Below are positions 38,985-50,824 of a stretch of 64,000 nucleotides of DNA, piece by piece. Source of the stretch: Lama glama (taxonomy: Eukaryota). A program made the translations under genes and the position numbers. Numbering within the stretch: the stretch's first letter is position 1; every line of letters begins with the position of its first letter. The stretch lies in assembly GCA_028534125.1 (NCBI GenBank), contig CM052816.1, positions 46,130,001-46,194,000 of the forward strand, in the 5' to 3' direction. The notes beneath the pieces were generated by a model. The model had not been told where the DNA came from. It worked only from the letters and a program-made list of their open reading frames with translations, and did not search any database.

Positions 38985-39205
38985 AGAAAGTACAATGTAA
39001 GGAGGCAGAGCTTGGGTCCTGATGTCAGATTGTAGGGCATTGCTTAACTTCTCAGTGTCTTGCTTTCGTCACCCATAAATAAGAATAATAGTGATACCAC
39101 TTCCTGTGGTTCTTGTGAGCATTAAATAGAAAAATACATATGAAGTATTCAAGACAGTGCCTATCGTATAAAAAGCAATCATCAATGGTTAGCTATGACT
39201 ATTAT
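38985..39205 (+). mobile_element. MIR SINE
   Basis: tgcttaacttctcagtgtcttgctttcgtcacccataaataagaataatagt...acagtgcct...tcaatggttagctat. Confidence 0.75.
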
Positions 39206-39291
39206 ATTCTATGAGACAATCTGGATAATTTTTAGAGAGATTGATTTTTCATTGACATAAGCCCTAGTTGTCATCATTTTAAACTCTTCAA

Positions 39292-39690
39292 TATTCATTT
39301 ATTCATTTAGCAAATATTTTTTTCTAGTACATGTATTATGACAAGTACTTTATTAGATACTGGCAACACAAAGATGGTTGCTCCATTCAAGCAGCCTAAT
39401 AACTACAGTAAGAAGGCAGTTTGTAACAAAAAATTCAATATAGTATCATAACTGGAATGATAGAAGTAGGCATGGGATGGCATTGAGAGACATGAGGCAT
39501 AGTGATATCTCCCATCTCCCTTGTCACCTGTGTACCAGAAAGGCTTCAGAGAGTAGATGCCATGAACTGAGTCTTTAAATCTGGTAGTGTGTTCACCCAA
39601 AAAATTGGCTGAGAGAAATGTTAAAATCTAAGTGAGTGAAACAGCATAGGCAAGAGGTATAAAATGTTCTGGTGAACTTTGGGAATGGTA
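39292..39690 (-). mobile_element. L2 LINE 3' part, continuing beyond the L1 insertion at about 44549-45230
   Basis: attcatttattcatttagcaaatattt start; gaaggcttcagagagtagatgccatgaactgagtcttta; L2-like sequence resumes after 44548. Confidence 0.65.
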
Positions 39691-39827
39691 AATTTTTTTT
39701 ATCTTTTTAATTTTGAATTATTTTATTTTATTTTTAAATTTTTATTGAAATATTGACTTACAATTTTGTGTTAGTTTCAGGTATACATAGCAAAGTGATT
39801 CAGTTTTATATATATATGTGTATATAT

Positions 39828-39860
<33 letters not shown>

Positions 39861-40159
39861 CATACACATACACATATTTTTTCAGGTTCTTTTCCATTAT
39901 AGGCTATTAAAGATATTGAATATAGTTTCTTGTGCTAAACAGTTTCTCCTTCTTGTTTATTTATTTTACATATAATAGTGTGTTTATGTTTATCCCAAGC
40001 TCCTAATTTATCCCTCCCTGCCCCTTCCCCTTTGGTAACCCTAATATGTTTTCTATGTCTGTGAGTCAATTTCTGGTTTGTAAATAAGTTCATTTGTATC
40101 ATATTTTTAGATTCCACATATAAGTGATATATTATGATATTGTCTTTCTCTGTCTGACT

Positions 40160-40267
40160 TAATTTACTTAATATGACAATCTGTAGGTCCATCCATGTTG
40201 CTGCAAATTGGCATTATTTCATTCTTTTTCATGGCTAAGCAGTATTCCATTGTGTGTGTATATGTGT

Positions 40268-40313
<46 letters not shown>

Positions 40314-42340
40314 AAATGATATGGTGTATGTGTATACAATTTCTTCTTTATCCATTCATCTGTTGATGGACATTTAGCTTACTTCCATATCTTGGCTATT
40401 GTAAATATTGCTGCTGTGAACACTAGGGTGCATGTATCTTTTCAAATTAGAGTTTTCTCCAGATATACGGAGTGGGATTGTTGAGTCATGTGATAACTCT
40501 ATTTTTAGTGTTTTTTAAGGAACCTCTATACCATTCTCCATTGCGACTACACCAATTTATATTCCCACCAAGAGTGGAGGAGGATTCCCTTTCTCCATAC
40601 CCTTTCCAGCAATGATTATTTGTAGGCTTTTGAATGATGGCCATTCTGAACCATGTGAAGTAATACCTCATTGTAATTATGATTTGCATTTATCTAATAA
40701 TTAGCAGTGTGGAGCATCTTTTTATGTGCCTGTTGACCATCTATGTGTCTTCTTTGAAGAAATATCTATTTAGGTCTTCTGCCCATTTTTTGATTGGGTT
40801 GTTTTTTTATTTGTTTTTGTTTAGTTGTTTTTATTAAGCTGTATGAGCTGTTTGTACATTTTGGAAATTAATTCCTTTTCAGTTGTGTCATTTGCAGATA
40901 TTTTCTCCCACTCCATAGATTGCCTTTTGATTTTGTTTATGGTTTCCTTTGCTGTGCAAAAACTTCCAAGTTAAACTAGATCTCACTTATATATTTTTGC
41001 TTTTGTTTACATTACTCTAGGAGATGAATCCAAAAAAAAAAAAATATTGCTGTGATTTATTTCAAACAGTGTCCTGCCTATGTTTTCCTCTAGGAGTTTT
41101 ATAGTATCTGGTCTTACACTTAGGTCTTTAATCCACTCTGAATTTATTTTTGTATTTGGTGTTAGAGAATGTTCTGATCTTACTCTGTTACATGTAGCTG
41201 TCCAGCTTTCCCAACACCACTTATTGAAGAGATTGTCTTTTCTCTGTTGATTATTCTTGCCTCCTTTGTCTTAGATTAGTTGACCATAAGTACATGTGTT
41301 TATTTCTGGACTTTATATCCTGTTCCATTAATCTGTGTCTGCTTTTGTGCTAGTACCATACTATTTTGATTACTGTAGCTTTGTAGTATAGTCTGAAGTC
41401 ATGAAGCGTGATTCCTCCAGCTCTGTTCTTAAGATGGTAAACATGGCTCTTTGGGGGTCTTTTGTGTTGCCATAAAAATTAAAAAAATTTTTTTTGTTCC
41501 AGTTCTGTGAAAATGTCATTAATAATTTGATAGGGATTGCATTGAAATTTGTAGATTCTCTTAGGTAGTACAATCATTTTTAATAATACTAATTGTTCCA
41601 ATACAAGAATAGGGTATATCTTTCCATCTCATTGTGTCATCTTCTATTTCCTTCATCAGCATCTTATGGGTTTTGGAGTATAGGTCTTTTGCCTCCTTAA
41701 GTAGATTTATTCCTAAGCATCTTACTCTTTTTCATGCAATGGTAAATAGAATTGTTTCCTTAATTTCTTTTTCTGGTATTTTATTGTTAATGTATAGAAA
41801 TGCAACAGATTTTTGTGTATTAACTTTGTATCCTGCAACTTTACCAAATTCATTGATGGGCTCTGATAGTTTTCTGGTAGCATCATTAGGATTTTCTATG
41901 TAAAGTACCATGTCATCTGTGAACAGTGACAGTTTTACTTCTTTTCCAATTTGGATTCATTTATTTCTTTTTCTTCTCTCATTGCTGTTGCTAGGACTTC
42001 CAAAACTGTGTTGAATAAAAGTGGCAAATGTAGGCATCTTTGTTTTATTCCTGATCTTAGAGAAAATATTTTCAGCTTTTCACTCTTGAGTATGATGATA
42101 GCTGTGGGTTTATCACAAATGACTTATACTATGTTGAGGTATGTTCCCTCTATGCCCACTTTCTGGAGAGTTTTTACCATAAATGGATGTTGAATTTTAT
42201 TGAAAGCTTTTCTGCATCTATTGAGATGATCATATGGTTTGTATTCTTCAATTTGTTACTGTTGTGTATCATATTGATTGATTTGCTGATACTGAAAAAT
42301 CGTCGCATCCCTGGGATAAACTCCACTTGATCATGATGTA
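40160..42340 (-). pseudogene. L1 ORF2 remnant (RT and C-terminal region), disrupted
   Basis: HHDQVEFIPGM and [20 protein letters not shown] near 42340-42175; track ORFs contain NAIPIKL and [28 protein letters not shown]; multiple stops and frameshifts. Confidence 0.9.
40252..40313. repeat. (TG)/(TA)n microsatellite inside the L1
   Basis: Long atatat run; a similar TA/CA compound repeat lies at 39807-39876. Confidence 0.92.
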
Positions 42341-42575
42341 TTAAAAGAATCCTACCTGCACAATTACTGTTTTTGATGTCATATTTTACATCTAATAGTT
42401 TTGTGTATTCCTTAACAGCTTATTGTGGATGCAGATGTTTTTCTACATTTGTCTTTTAATCCTACTGCTAGTTTGTGTGTGGATGATTTACTGTCTTTAC
42501 TGTATGTTTGCCTTTACCAATGAGCTTTTCCATTTTGTAATTTCTCATTTCTAGATGTGACCTTTTTTTCTCTGC

Positions 42576-43442
42576 CTAGAGAAGTTCCTTTAGCATTTGT
42601 TTTAAAGCTGGTTTGGTGGTGCTGAATTCTTTTAGCTTTTGCTTGTCTGTAAAGCTTTTTATTTCTCCATCAAATCTAAATGAGAGCCTTGCTGGGTAGA
42701 GTATTCTTAGTGTAGGTTTTTCCCTTTTTTCACTTTAAATATATTATGCCGCTCCCTTCTGGCTTATGGAATTTCTGCTGAAAAATCAGCTGATAGTCTT
42801 ATGGAGTTCCCTTGTATGTTGTCTGCTGCTTTTCCCTCATTGCTTTTAATATTCTTTCTTTATCTTTAAGTTTTGTTATTTTAATCACAATATACCTTGG
42901 TGTATTCCTCTTAGGGTTAATCTTGTATGGGACTGTGTACTTTCTGGACTTGTGTGACTATTTCCTTTCCAGGGTTATGAAAGTTTTCAACGGTTATCTC
43001 TTCAGATTCAGGCCCTTTCTCTCTCTTTTCTCCTTCTGCGGCCCCTACAACTTGAATATTAGTGTACTTGATGTTGTTCCAGAAGTCTGTTAAACTGTCC
43101 TCATTTCATTTTTATTTACTTTTTTTCTTTTCAGCGATAGTGATTTCCACTACTTTGTCTTCCGGCTCACTGACCCATTCTTCTGCCTCATTTAGTCTAT
43201 TGTTGATTTCTTCTAATGTGTTTTTTATTTCACTTATTGTATTCTTCAACTCTATTCTATTGTTCTTTTATTTTTTCTTTGTTAAAAACTTCTAACTTCT
43301 CACTCTGTGCATTCATTCTCTTCCCAAGTTCTTTGATCATCTTTATGATCATTACTCTGAATTGTCTATCTCCATGTCACTTAGTTCTTCTGGGATTTTT
43401 ATCTTGTTTCTTTGTCTGGAACATACTCCTCTGCTGCCTCAT
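42576..43442 (-). pseudogene. L1 ORF1 remnant, disrupted
   Basis: Minus strand begins MRQQRSMFQTKKQDK and ends LRILYPARLSFRFDGEIKSFTDKQKLKEFSTTKPALKQMLKELL*, the conserved ORF1p C-terminus. Confidence 0.88.
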
Positions 43443-44751
43443 TTTGTCTAAATTTATACTTGTATTATTATGTATGTAGTATGTTAGTTACATTTCTTGA
43501 ACTTGGAGAAGTGATCCTTTGTAGAAGATGTCTTATATGTCCCAGCAGTGCGCTCTTCTCTCATCACCCAAGGGCCTAGTGGCAGCTGATCTTGGGGTGG
43601 GGCCTGGCCTGTGTTTGTGGACTTATTCTGCAGGCTGCAGAATCTTAGCATTCTTGCTTCTGGTGTCTGCCCCTGGTGGATGTGACTAGTCTAGAGGCTT
43701 GTGTAGACTACCTGGTGGGAGGGGCAGGTACCTGCCCACTGGTAGGTGGAGCTGAATCTTGGTCTTCTGGTATGCAGCACTGTGTATAGGGGTGTGTAGA
43801 GGTGGCTGTGGGCTCAGGAAGTCTTCAGGCAGCCTGTCTCTGATGGGTGGGGATGTATCCCCACCCAGTTAGTTGTTTGGCCTGAGGCATCCCCCAGCAC
43901 TGGCTCCTACAGTCTATTGGGTGGAGCCAGATCTTGGTGTTAATGACCCAAGTAAGATGTCACCCTCCAGGAGAGTCTATGCAGATGAATACTCCCAGAT
44001 ATACCCATCACTGTGTCTATGTTCCCAGGGTGATCCACAGTCAACCCCACCTCTCTGGGAGGCCCTGCAAGACCAGCAGGTAGGTATGGTCAGGATCCTA
44101 TGAAATTTCTGCTTTTGCCCTTAGTCTCAGTGAGTGTGAGATTTTGTGAGTACCTCTGTTCCACAAATCCTGTGAGGCTCCTGCAGTTAAGTCCTGCTGG
44201 CCTTCAGAACCAAATACTCTGGAGGCTCCACTTGCTGGTGTTGGACCCCTGGGCTGGAGAGCTCTCACTCCTGTGGGAGAACCTGTGCAATATAATTATG
44301 CTCCAGTTTGTGGGTCGCCCACCTGGATGATACAGGATTTGATTATATTGCAAGTGCACCCCTACTACTGTCTCACTGTGGTTCCTTCCTTACGTCTTTA
44401 GTGATGGAAGATCTTTTCTGGTAGGTTCCAGTCTTTTTTATTGATGGTTGTTCTGCAATTAGTTGTGATTTTGGTGTCTTCATGAGGGGAGGTGAGCTCC
44501 AGCTCCTTGTACTCCACCATCTTGACCACCTCGCTGGGAACTGTAAATGATTTTCTAAAAATGAAACATGATATGCCAAAAGATGGAGAGAGATGAAGCT
44601 TGATATTTGAGCAGAGTCCATTCATGTGCAATTTTAAGGGCCATGCTGAGAAATCTAAGCTTGAAGACAGTAGGTACTTGATATAGTAAAACTTAGTTAG
44701 AAAGTTAAATCCAGAGAAGTAGCAGGTGACAGATCAAAATGATGGGATCTG

Positions 44752-44938
44752 GTAGCATTTATCATCTTTTAACATTTATACAATTTATTTATTTATTATA
44801 TTTATTTTTATTCTCTATCTCCTCTCACTGGAATGTAAACTCAAGAAACACAAGGATTTTCATCTTTATCTCCCAGCATTAAGAGCAGTGTCTGATACAT
44901 GATAGGTATTCAATTAATATTTGCCAAATAAATTGAAA
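44752..44938 (+). mobile_element. L2a-like 3' end nested in the antisense L2
   Basis: tctcctctcactggaatgtaaactc...tctcccagcattaagagcagtgtctgatacatgataggtattcaattaatatttg. Confidence 0.75.
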
Positions 44939-46399
44939 TTTTTACTGTCTAGATAAAAGAAAATGAGAGTCATATTTTTGAAGCTAAAAAAATAGATTTC
45001 AAAGTGTACAAATAGCAAAATTTATGACTGATTAGATAATAGTGAAGAAATCAGAGATTTTTAGCAAATACTAAGTGTCCAAATTGAATATTATATCAGT
45101 TCCTGCAAAGGCTTTGTAAGAAGAGAAAAGTCTGATGTGAGGAGGAAGGTGATCAGAGCATATAGGGATTTAGTTGTTGGCTCGTTGTTCTCTAGGGACA
45201 TACAGGTAAGGAACTTACAGATGTCCAGGAAGTACTTAATATCTAATTCTAAATATTTTTACTGTTATATTTAACAAATTTGTGAATATATTTGAATCTA
45301 ACATCTCAGTACATCTAGTATTTCCAACAAGGTAGTAGCAATTGCTGAATGTCTAGTATCGTGTATCTTTTTTTTCCTTGTTTTTCCTACCTCTTTCCAC
45401 TCCTCTGATCTCTGTGCTCCAATCATTCTACTCATGTCTTTAAAATATATATTTATTATATATTCATTATTAATATATATTACTCTGAGTAATATACTCT
45501 AAATATAACTAATTATTGCTACATCAATTGTAAAGACTGCATTATATCTAGTAATAAATCAAAAATGATAAAATTCAAGGTTTTTAGACAATTGGCTGTG
45601 TTTTCTGAACGTATTCTGGTATAAATTTTAGATGTTTTTGAAAATATTTTGCATTTTAAAGAATTTGGAAATGTATTTTGCACAGAAATACAGAATTATT
45701 CATCCAGAGTGAGTATTTTTGATTAGGCTCTGATACATTCTAATAAATCAATTGCATGGCCATAGATGAACCAACTATTTCTGGATCTAGGTGTTTCTGC
45801 CATAATATACACTGTATTCTGTAAGAGAATAGTTCATGTCTGTGCAGGAATTCTAAATGCATGATCCTTTTTGACCCTTCTAATCACCCTGTAGAACTGG
45901 AGCTTCGGAGATTATCATCTCTACTATCGATGAGAAATTTAGGCTCAGACTGGTGGTAGCAGATTGACCCAGCAAACAATGGAAAAGCAGTTCTCAAAAC
46001 AAGGGTCAGCTCAATACTAGTCTATTTTTTCCTCTACACTATCTCTTCATCCATCTCCTAACCCAGAAGCATTGCACAGGTGGCTGCTAGGAATGAGCTG
46101 CGAGAGAGAGAATGTCTGGACAAAGTTAGCATTGATTGCAGATGTTAACAAGCAATCACTAGACATATAAAATGCAAGAATACCTAAAGTTGCATAAGAT
46201 TAAATTTATGCTGCTGTATTGCAAAATACTTCCCAGAATGACTCTCATATCCTATACAGGAGTTATTTCAAAACGTTCCTAGCTTCCTAGGCATCTACCC
46301 CATCATCAGCCAAAATTCATAGATCAAATAGGATCCATAATGCACCCCCACCCCACTTCCAGTTTATCTGTACCCATATGCTTCATTCCTTCCCCAAGG

Positions 46400-47880
46400 T
46401 CTCACAGAAAATGTTACTTCTCTTCCATCCAGTGCTAATAACATCTTTTGTGCCCTGGCTCCTACCAACTTACACCTACTCAGAGACCCTACTCTATTAA
46501 TTATATTCTCTTAAGTCTATCAAGTATTGAAGCAAATAAATGAGTAAATAAATATTCATAGATGAAACTAAAATGCTGCTCTGTAAATCTTTTTTGCCTT
46601 ATAAGCTTCTGAATTTCTTTTATGCTCTAGTCCTGTCTATAAAAAGGAGTCTGTCTGTCCTTTACTTCCTAACCTCTCTGTTTTCCAGGCCACTGGCTGC
46701 GCTATTCTTTTTCAGTGTGGTTGACCAATAACCACCTAATTGCCAAGTCTGATAAAATGTATTTATTTTCAATACTTTTTTTTCTGTCTTCATCTTACCT
46801 GATTTTAATGTCACTTTTGACAGTCTAAGTGTATTCCCTTTAAAACTAATTTGTCACATTGTTTCCCTGAACGTTTTCTTATCCTTTTAATAATTCTTGT
46901 TTAGGCTGTTTTTCTTTTTCTGTTTATTCTTGATTTGTTGGGTTCCATCCTCAGCTCTCTTCTTACGATCTCATCTTATGACTTTGCTTCCATCTGTATA
47001 TTGATGACTTCCAAGTTCCTTCTCTCATCCTGCATCACTCTGCTCAGCATCACACACATCTGTCTCACTTTCTCCTGAATACATCCACTTCTGTGTGACA
47101 CTGGCATCTCAAGTTCAGTATGCTTCAAATTAACTTGATGATTCTCCCCAAGCACCCAGTTCCTGTAAACTCCTTGTCCTGTATTTTAATCTCATTGCAT
47201 GGCACCTTCATCCATTGAGTCTTCCAGCCCATATGCTAAGAATCATTCTTAGCTCTACCAGCATTTTTATCCCATCCTAAACCTGTAAGTCTCTTAATTC
47301 TTTCCATACTACTTCTTAAATATCTCTCAAATCCACTGAAGTTTCTCCAGCTCCAAAGCCACTGCCTTATTTTAGATCTGCGTTATTTCCCGATTGGATT
47401 ATTTCAGTGGTTCTTCCAACCCATTCTCCATACTACAGTTAATAACCTTTCTAAAACTTCTCTCTTTAATGCCATGTTCCTATAAACAAACTTTAGTGAT
47501 TTTGTTCCCTTCAAATTACAGTCCATTTTTTAAAAACTGAGCTCCCGTGACCTTAGAAGACTTAGTTGCTGACACAGTTCTCCAGCCATTGGTCTGTTGC
47601 TCCTTCATTTGGTCAGTTCTGGTACGTCCTTAAAATCTTAGCTGAGACATCACCTCTTACAGGTAGTTTTTCCTCATTCCCCAATCTTAGGTTAAGGGCC
47701 TTTCCTCTGTGCTCCCACACCTTTCCAGGTTTACACTTAACAGAGTATTTATCATATATTGTAATCACCTCTTTGTCTTTCTTTAGTGTTAGCTCCTTTA
47801 TTACAAAAAGCATGTATTTTGCTTGGTGAACCCAGAATGTGCCTGCCATGTAATAAAAACTTGTGAGATACTTGAATAAA
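46400..47880 (+). mobile_element. L2 LINE (RT-to-3' end fragment)
   Basis: catctgtatattgatgacttccaa at ~46991 reads HLYIDDFQ (L2 RT HLYADDSQ); accaataaccacctaattgccaagtc; ggcatctcaagttcagtatgcttcaaa; L2 3' end near 47880. Confidence 0.8.
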
Positions 47881-47884
47881 GTGT

Positions 47885-48005
47885 ATATTTAGTGGGGGCA
47901 TGCTTTCTGACAGTCACTGTTCCAGGCATTGAGCATACAACTATGAAAAATACAGACAAAGTCCCTGTGCTCTGAGAGTTTATATTCAGTAGGGAGAATA
48001 AATAA
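47885..48005 (-). mobile_element. L2 3' fragment
   Basis: cactgttccaggcattgagcatacaactatgaaaaatacagacaaagtccctgtgctctgagagtttatattcagtagggaga. Confidence 0.75.
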
Positions 48006-50439
48006 ATAAACTTGCATTCTAAATGGTTTAAAAGGTAGAGCCATTTAAAATCTCTAATCAGTTGTTTTTTGTAACAATCAGAGAGACAGCTATTCTTCAA
48101 ATTGTAGATTTTATTTGTAGTACCAAAACTTCCGGATAAAGTGTAAAAGTTATGCTAAACTAGAAGTCTTATCTGTAAAGCTCATACCAAACTTCAAAAA
48201 TGTCTCCAAATGTGTATGATTTAATGTAAGTATGATGATCATCTGATAAAACTCATAGAAAATACTGTAAACAATTCCAATTACATTGGCTTAAAACATT
48301 TTAAATCAAACTTTGCATATAAAATTTATTTTAGAAATCTAAAACCATAAAGTATGCAAAGAAAATGGGCTATGAATGGATGAGAGTCTAAAAAAGTGTC
48401 TAATTTCTAATTCCAGCTGCAAGGAAAAGAATGTCAACTATGTTAGACTGTGGCTGTGCCTGCATCCACAAACTGATTTTAAAAATGATTGAATTCATTT
48501 AAATGGCCAGTTATTCTGACAAAACCAACAACCAAAAGTGGCCAAATCTAGTCAATACCTGGTTGTTTGCATTCAGCTTACTTGCCCCCTCAATTTGGTT
48601 CTTATGTGTAGATAGTCTGTGTATCAAGAATTCAGGGTGGGCCACTAATGTCATTTTGTGAAAACAACGTGTTACCAAGTAATAGTGTTTTCTGGCCGTT
48701 TGCTCTTGACCACCCACGTGTCTGAGAATGCGGTCCACTGGTCTCAGTACCTTTAGGGCCTCACTTTTTTTTTTCCTCATCTTCTGAAGGTGTGGGAAGA
48801 AATAGTTTGATTGGAAAGTAGTCAGCCTGGTGGTTGTGGAGACATAGTTACCATAGAAGCTTGTTATCAATCCCAGGATCAACCAGCAGGGGCTGCTACC
48901 TAAGAACCCAGCGATTTGTGCTTTCCTTTGATTAACCTGACTGGTCTGTTGGATGGAAATGTTTATTCAAAAGCATAGACTTGCATAAAAAATTTTTTTG
49001 AGTGAAATGACTCTGCTTTTGAATTGCATTTGTTTCTGTAACAATTCCCCAGCTTTAGTTTCTGTCAAATAAAAGACCAACTAGTATTTTTCTAAATACA
49101 AACACCAACAAATATGCTTACTGCAATTACTGTAGCTGCCTTTTTACTATTGTTAAGAGGTATTGAAAGGCTTAATTGCTTGTATTTCTTGTAATGCTGA
49201 TTAAAAATAAGAAAAAGGCACACTTACAATTCACTGAGGACTGTGAGAAAAACAATGTAAAGCTAAAAATGTAGTCTGATGGTCTCCCTGATCCTTAGCC
49301 AGGGTTATTACAATATTAATGTGTAAAAGTACAAAAGTTATACTGAAGATACTATGTGCTACTATTTTTGTTCATTTTTAACGATGCCTGTTCCCTACAC
49401 CTAATCAGTACATCTTATTGCTCTCCTGTGTCCAAAAGTAGAAATTTATGCTTGGAGCTGAATGCATATTTGATCCTGTCCCACCGAGCAAGTCAAAAGT
49501 GTTTTTGGTAAAACAGGTATGAAATAGATGTGGTATTGTTATTATAAATTTAAATTGCCCTGACTAATCATTCTGTGTGGTTTAGAGATAGAAATAATAG
49601 AGATGGTAAAACTAGAAGAGGAGGTGCTAATTTCCTTGCTCATAATGAGACTTTTACATAGGGAAGAAATGACTGGAAAAATAATCATTTATTATTCTTT
49701 AGGACACCTGAGTCAGCAAAATCACCTGCACATGGTTGAGAGAGGGGTCCCTCATAGTACAGATTTTGTGTTTGATTTTACAGAGAACTCAAAAGCCAGT
49801 AGCTGTGGATGGCATTTATATTTAGTAAGAGTGCAATATACTCATTTGAAGTTGGGAGATGAGTATTTATTGAAACAGCTGGCAAATCAGCAGGAAAATG
49901 CTGATTTTGAAAAAACTATTCTTCTTCTGTGGAATCAGACCTACTGTATTTAGCAACACTATTATAATTGAACACAAAAACTGCATTAAAATACCATTAA
50001 GAAGGAGACAGAAATCCAGAAAAATAAGAGAATTCTAAGTTAAAAGCTGTCACAGCATTCCTGAGTCAGCTCTTTTAAGCATAAATGCACAAGTGCACAA
50101 ATGATCTTTCAAGTATGACACGAGATAAACCTACCGGACTTTATTTCCCTGTCACTTATAGCCACTGTCAAATACAACCTGTATATTTTTCCAGACTGAC
50201 CTGCCTAGCTAGCTCCTCTATACTCGGGAGCACGATCCCATCCTCTCATGGAATTGAAATGCTGAGAAATTGGATGAAATTTTAATTTCAACATGACACT
50301 AACACAGCCTAACCTTTTCCTGAAAATAATCTATGTATTAGTAAAGGACATTCTGTAATTCCTACCAACCCTTGTGCCACCACTTAGAAACACAGACTGT
50401 ACTTTTGTACAGGCATAAGAAAACCAAAGGATCACTAGG

Positions 50440-50560
50440 TCATTATTTTTTTCAAATGAGAATACTGAGAGCTGCTTAATTTATGTGACTTACTAAAGGT
50501 CGCAAAGTTGGTTTGTGGCTAAAACCAAATCTTATGACTTTCAATCCAGTGTCCTTTCGA
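50440..50560 (-). mobile_element. MIR fragment
   Basis: tttcaaatgagaatactgag...gtgacttactaaaggtcgca...gactttcaatccagtgtcctttc. Confidence 0.6.
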
Positions 50561-50810
50561 CCATATTCTTTGCCCTGTCTAGGTTGTCACTGATGGTTGT
50601 TGCTATGTAGAAAATAAAAATAGACTTTGTCCCAGCCCTGGCCCTTAAAGGCAGCTGGGAGGGCAGGAGTGGGTATAAACAGTAGGACGTTTTGTGAAGC
50701 ACTTAACTGTTACTATTTTCTCCTCCTGCATTTAATAATGACAACAGTCAAGTAAGGCTCGTCTGCCTCCTCACACAGGCCAGTAAAGTCCCGTGGCATG
50801 CCACTGAGCA

Positions 50811-50824
50811 GTTTCCAGGGCAAC
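50811..50824. promoter_or_regulatory. RFX X-box motif match
   Basis: GTTTCCAGGGCAAC fits the GTTNCC-NN-RGYAAC consensus; motif only, no functional data. Confidence 0.4.

Larger units (their letters stand above)
39694..44534 (-). mobile_element. End-to-end L1 (cetartiodactyl type) with 5' UTR, ORF1, 5'-deleted ORF2, 3' UTR and tail
   Basis: 5' start on the minus strand gaggtggtcaagatggtggagtacaaggagctggagctcacctcc; ORF1 and ORF2 motifs; T-rich tail at ~39694-39745; candidate TSD tgggaatggtaaat (39680-39693) / tgggaactgtaaat (44535-44548). Confidence 0.93.

Noticed and set aside
41634..44631. Cluster of hydrophobic ORFs as membrane proteins
   Set aside because: They are antisense or off-frame readings of the A-rich L1 and its 5' UTR
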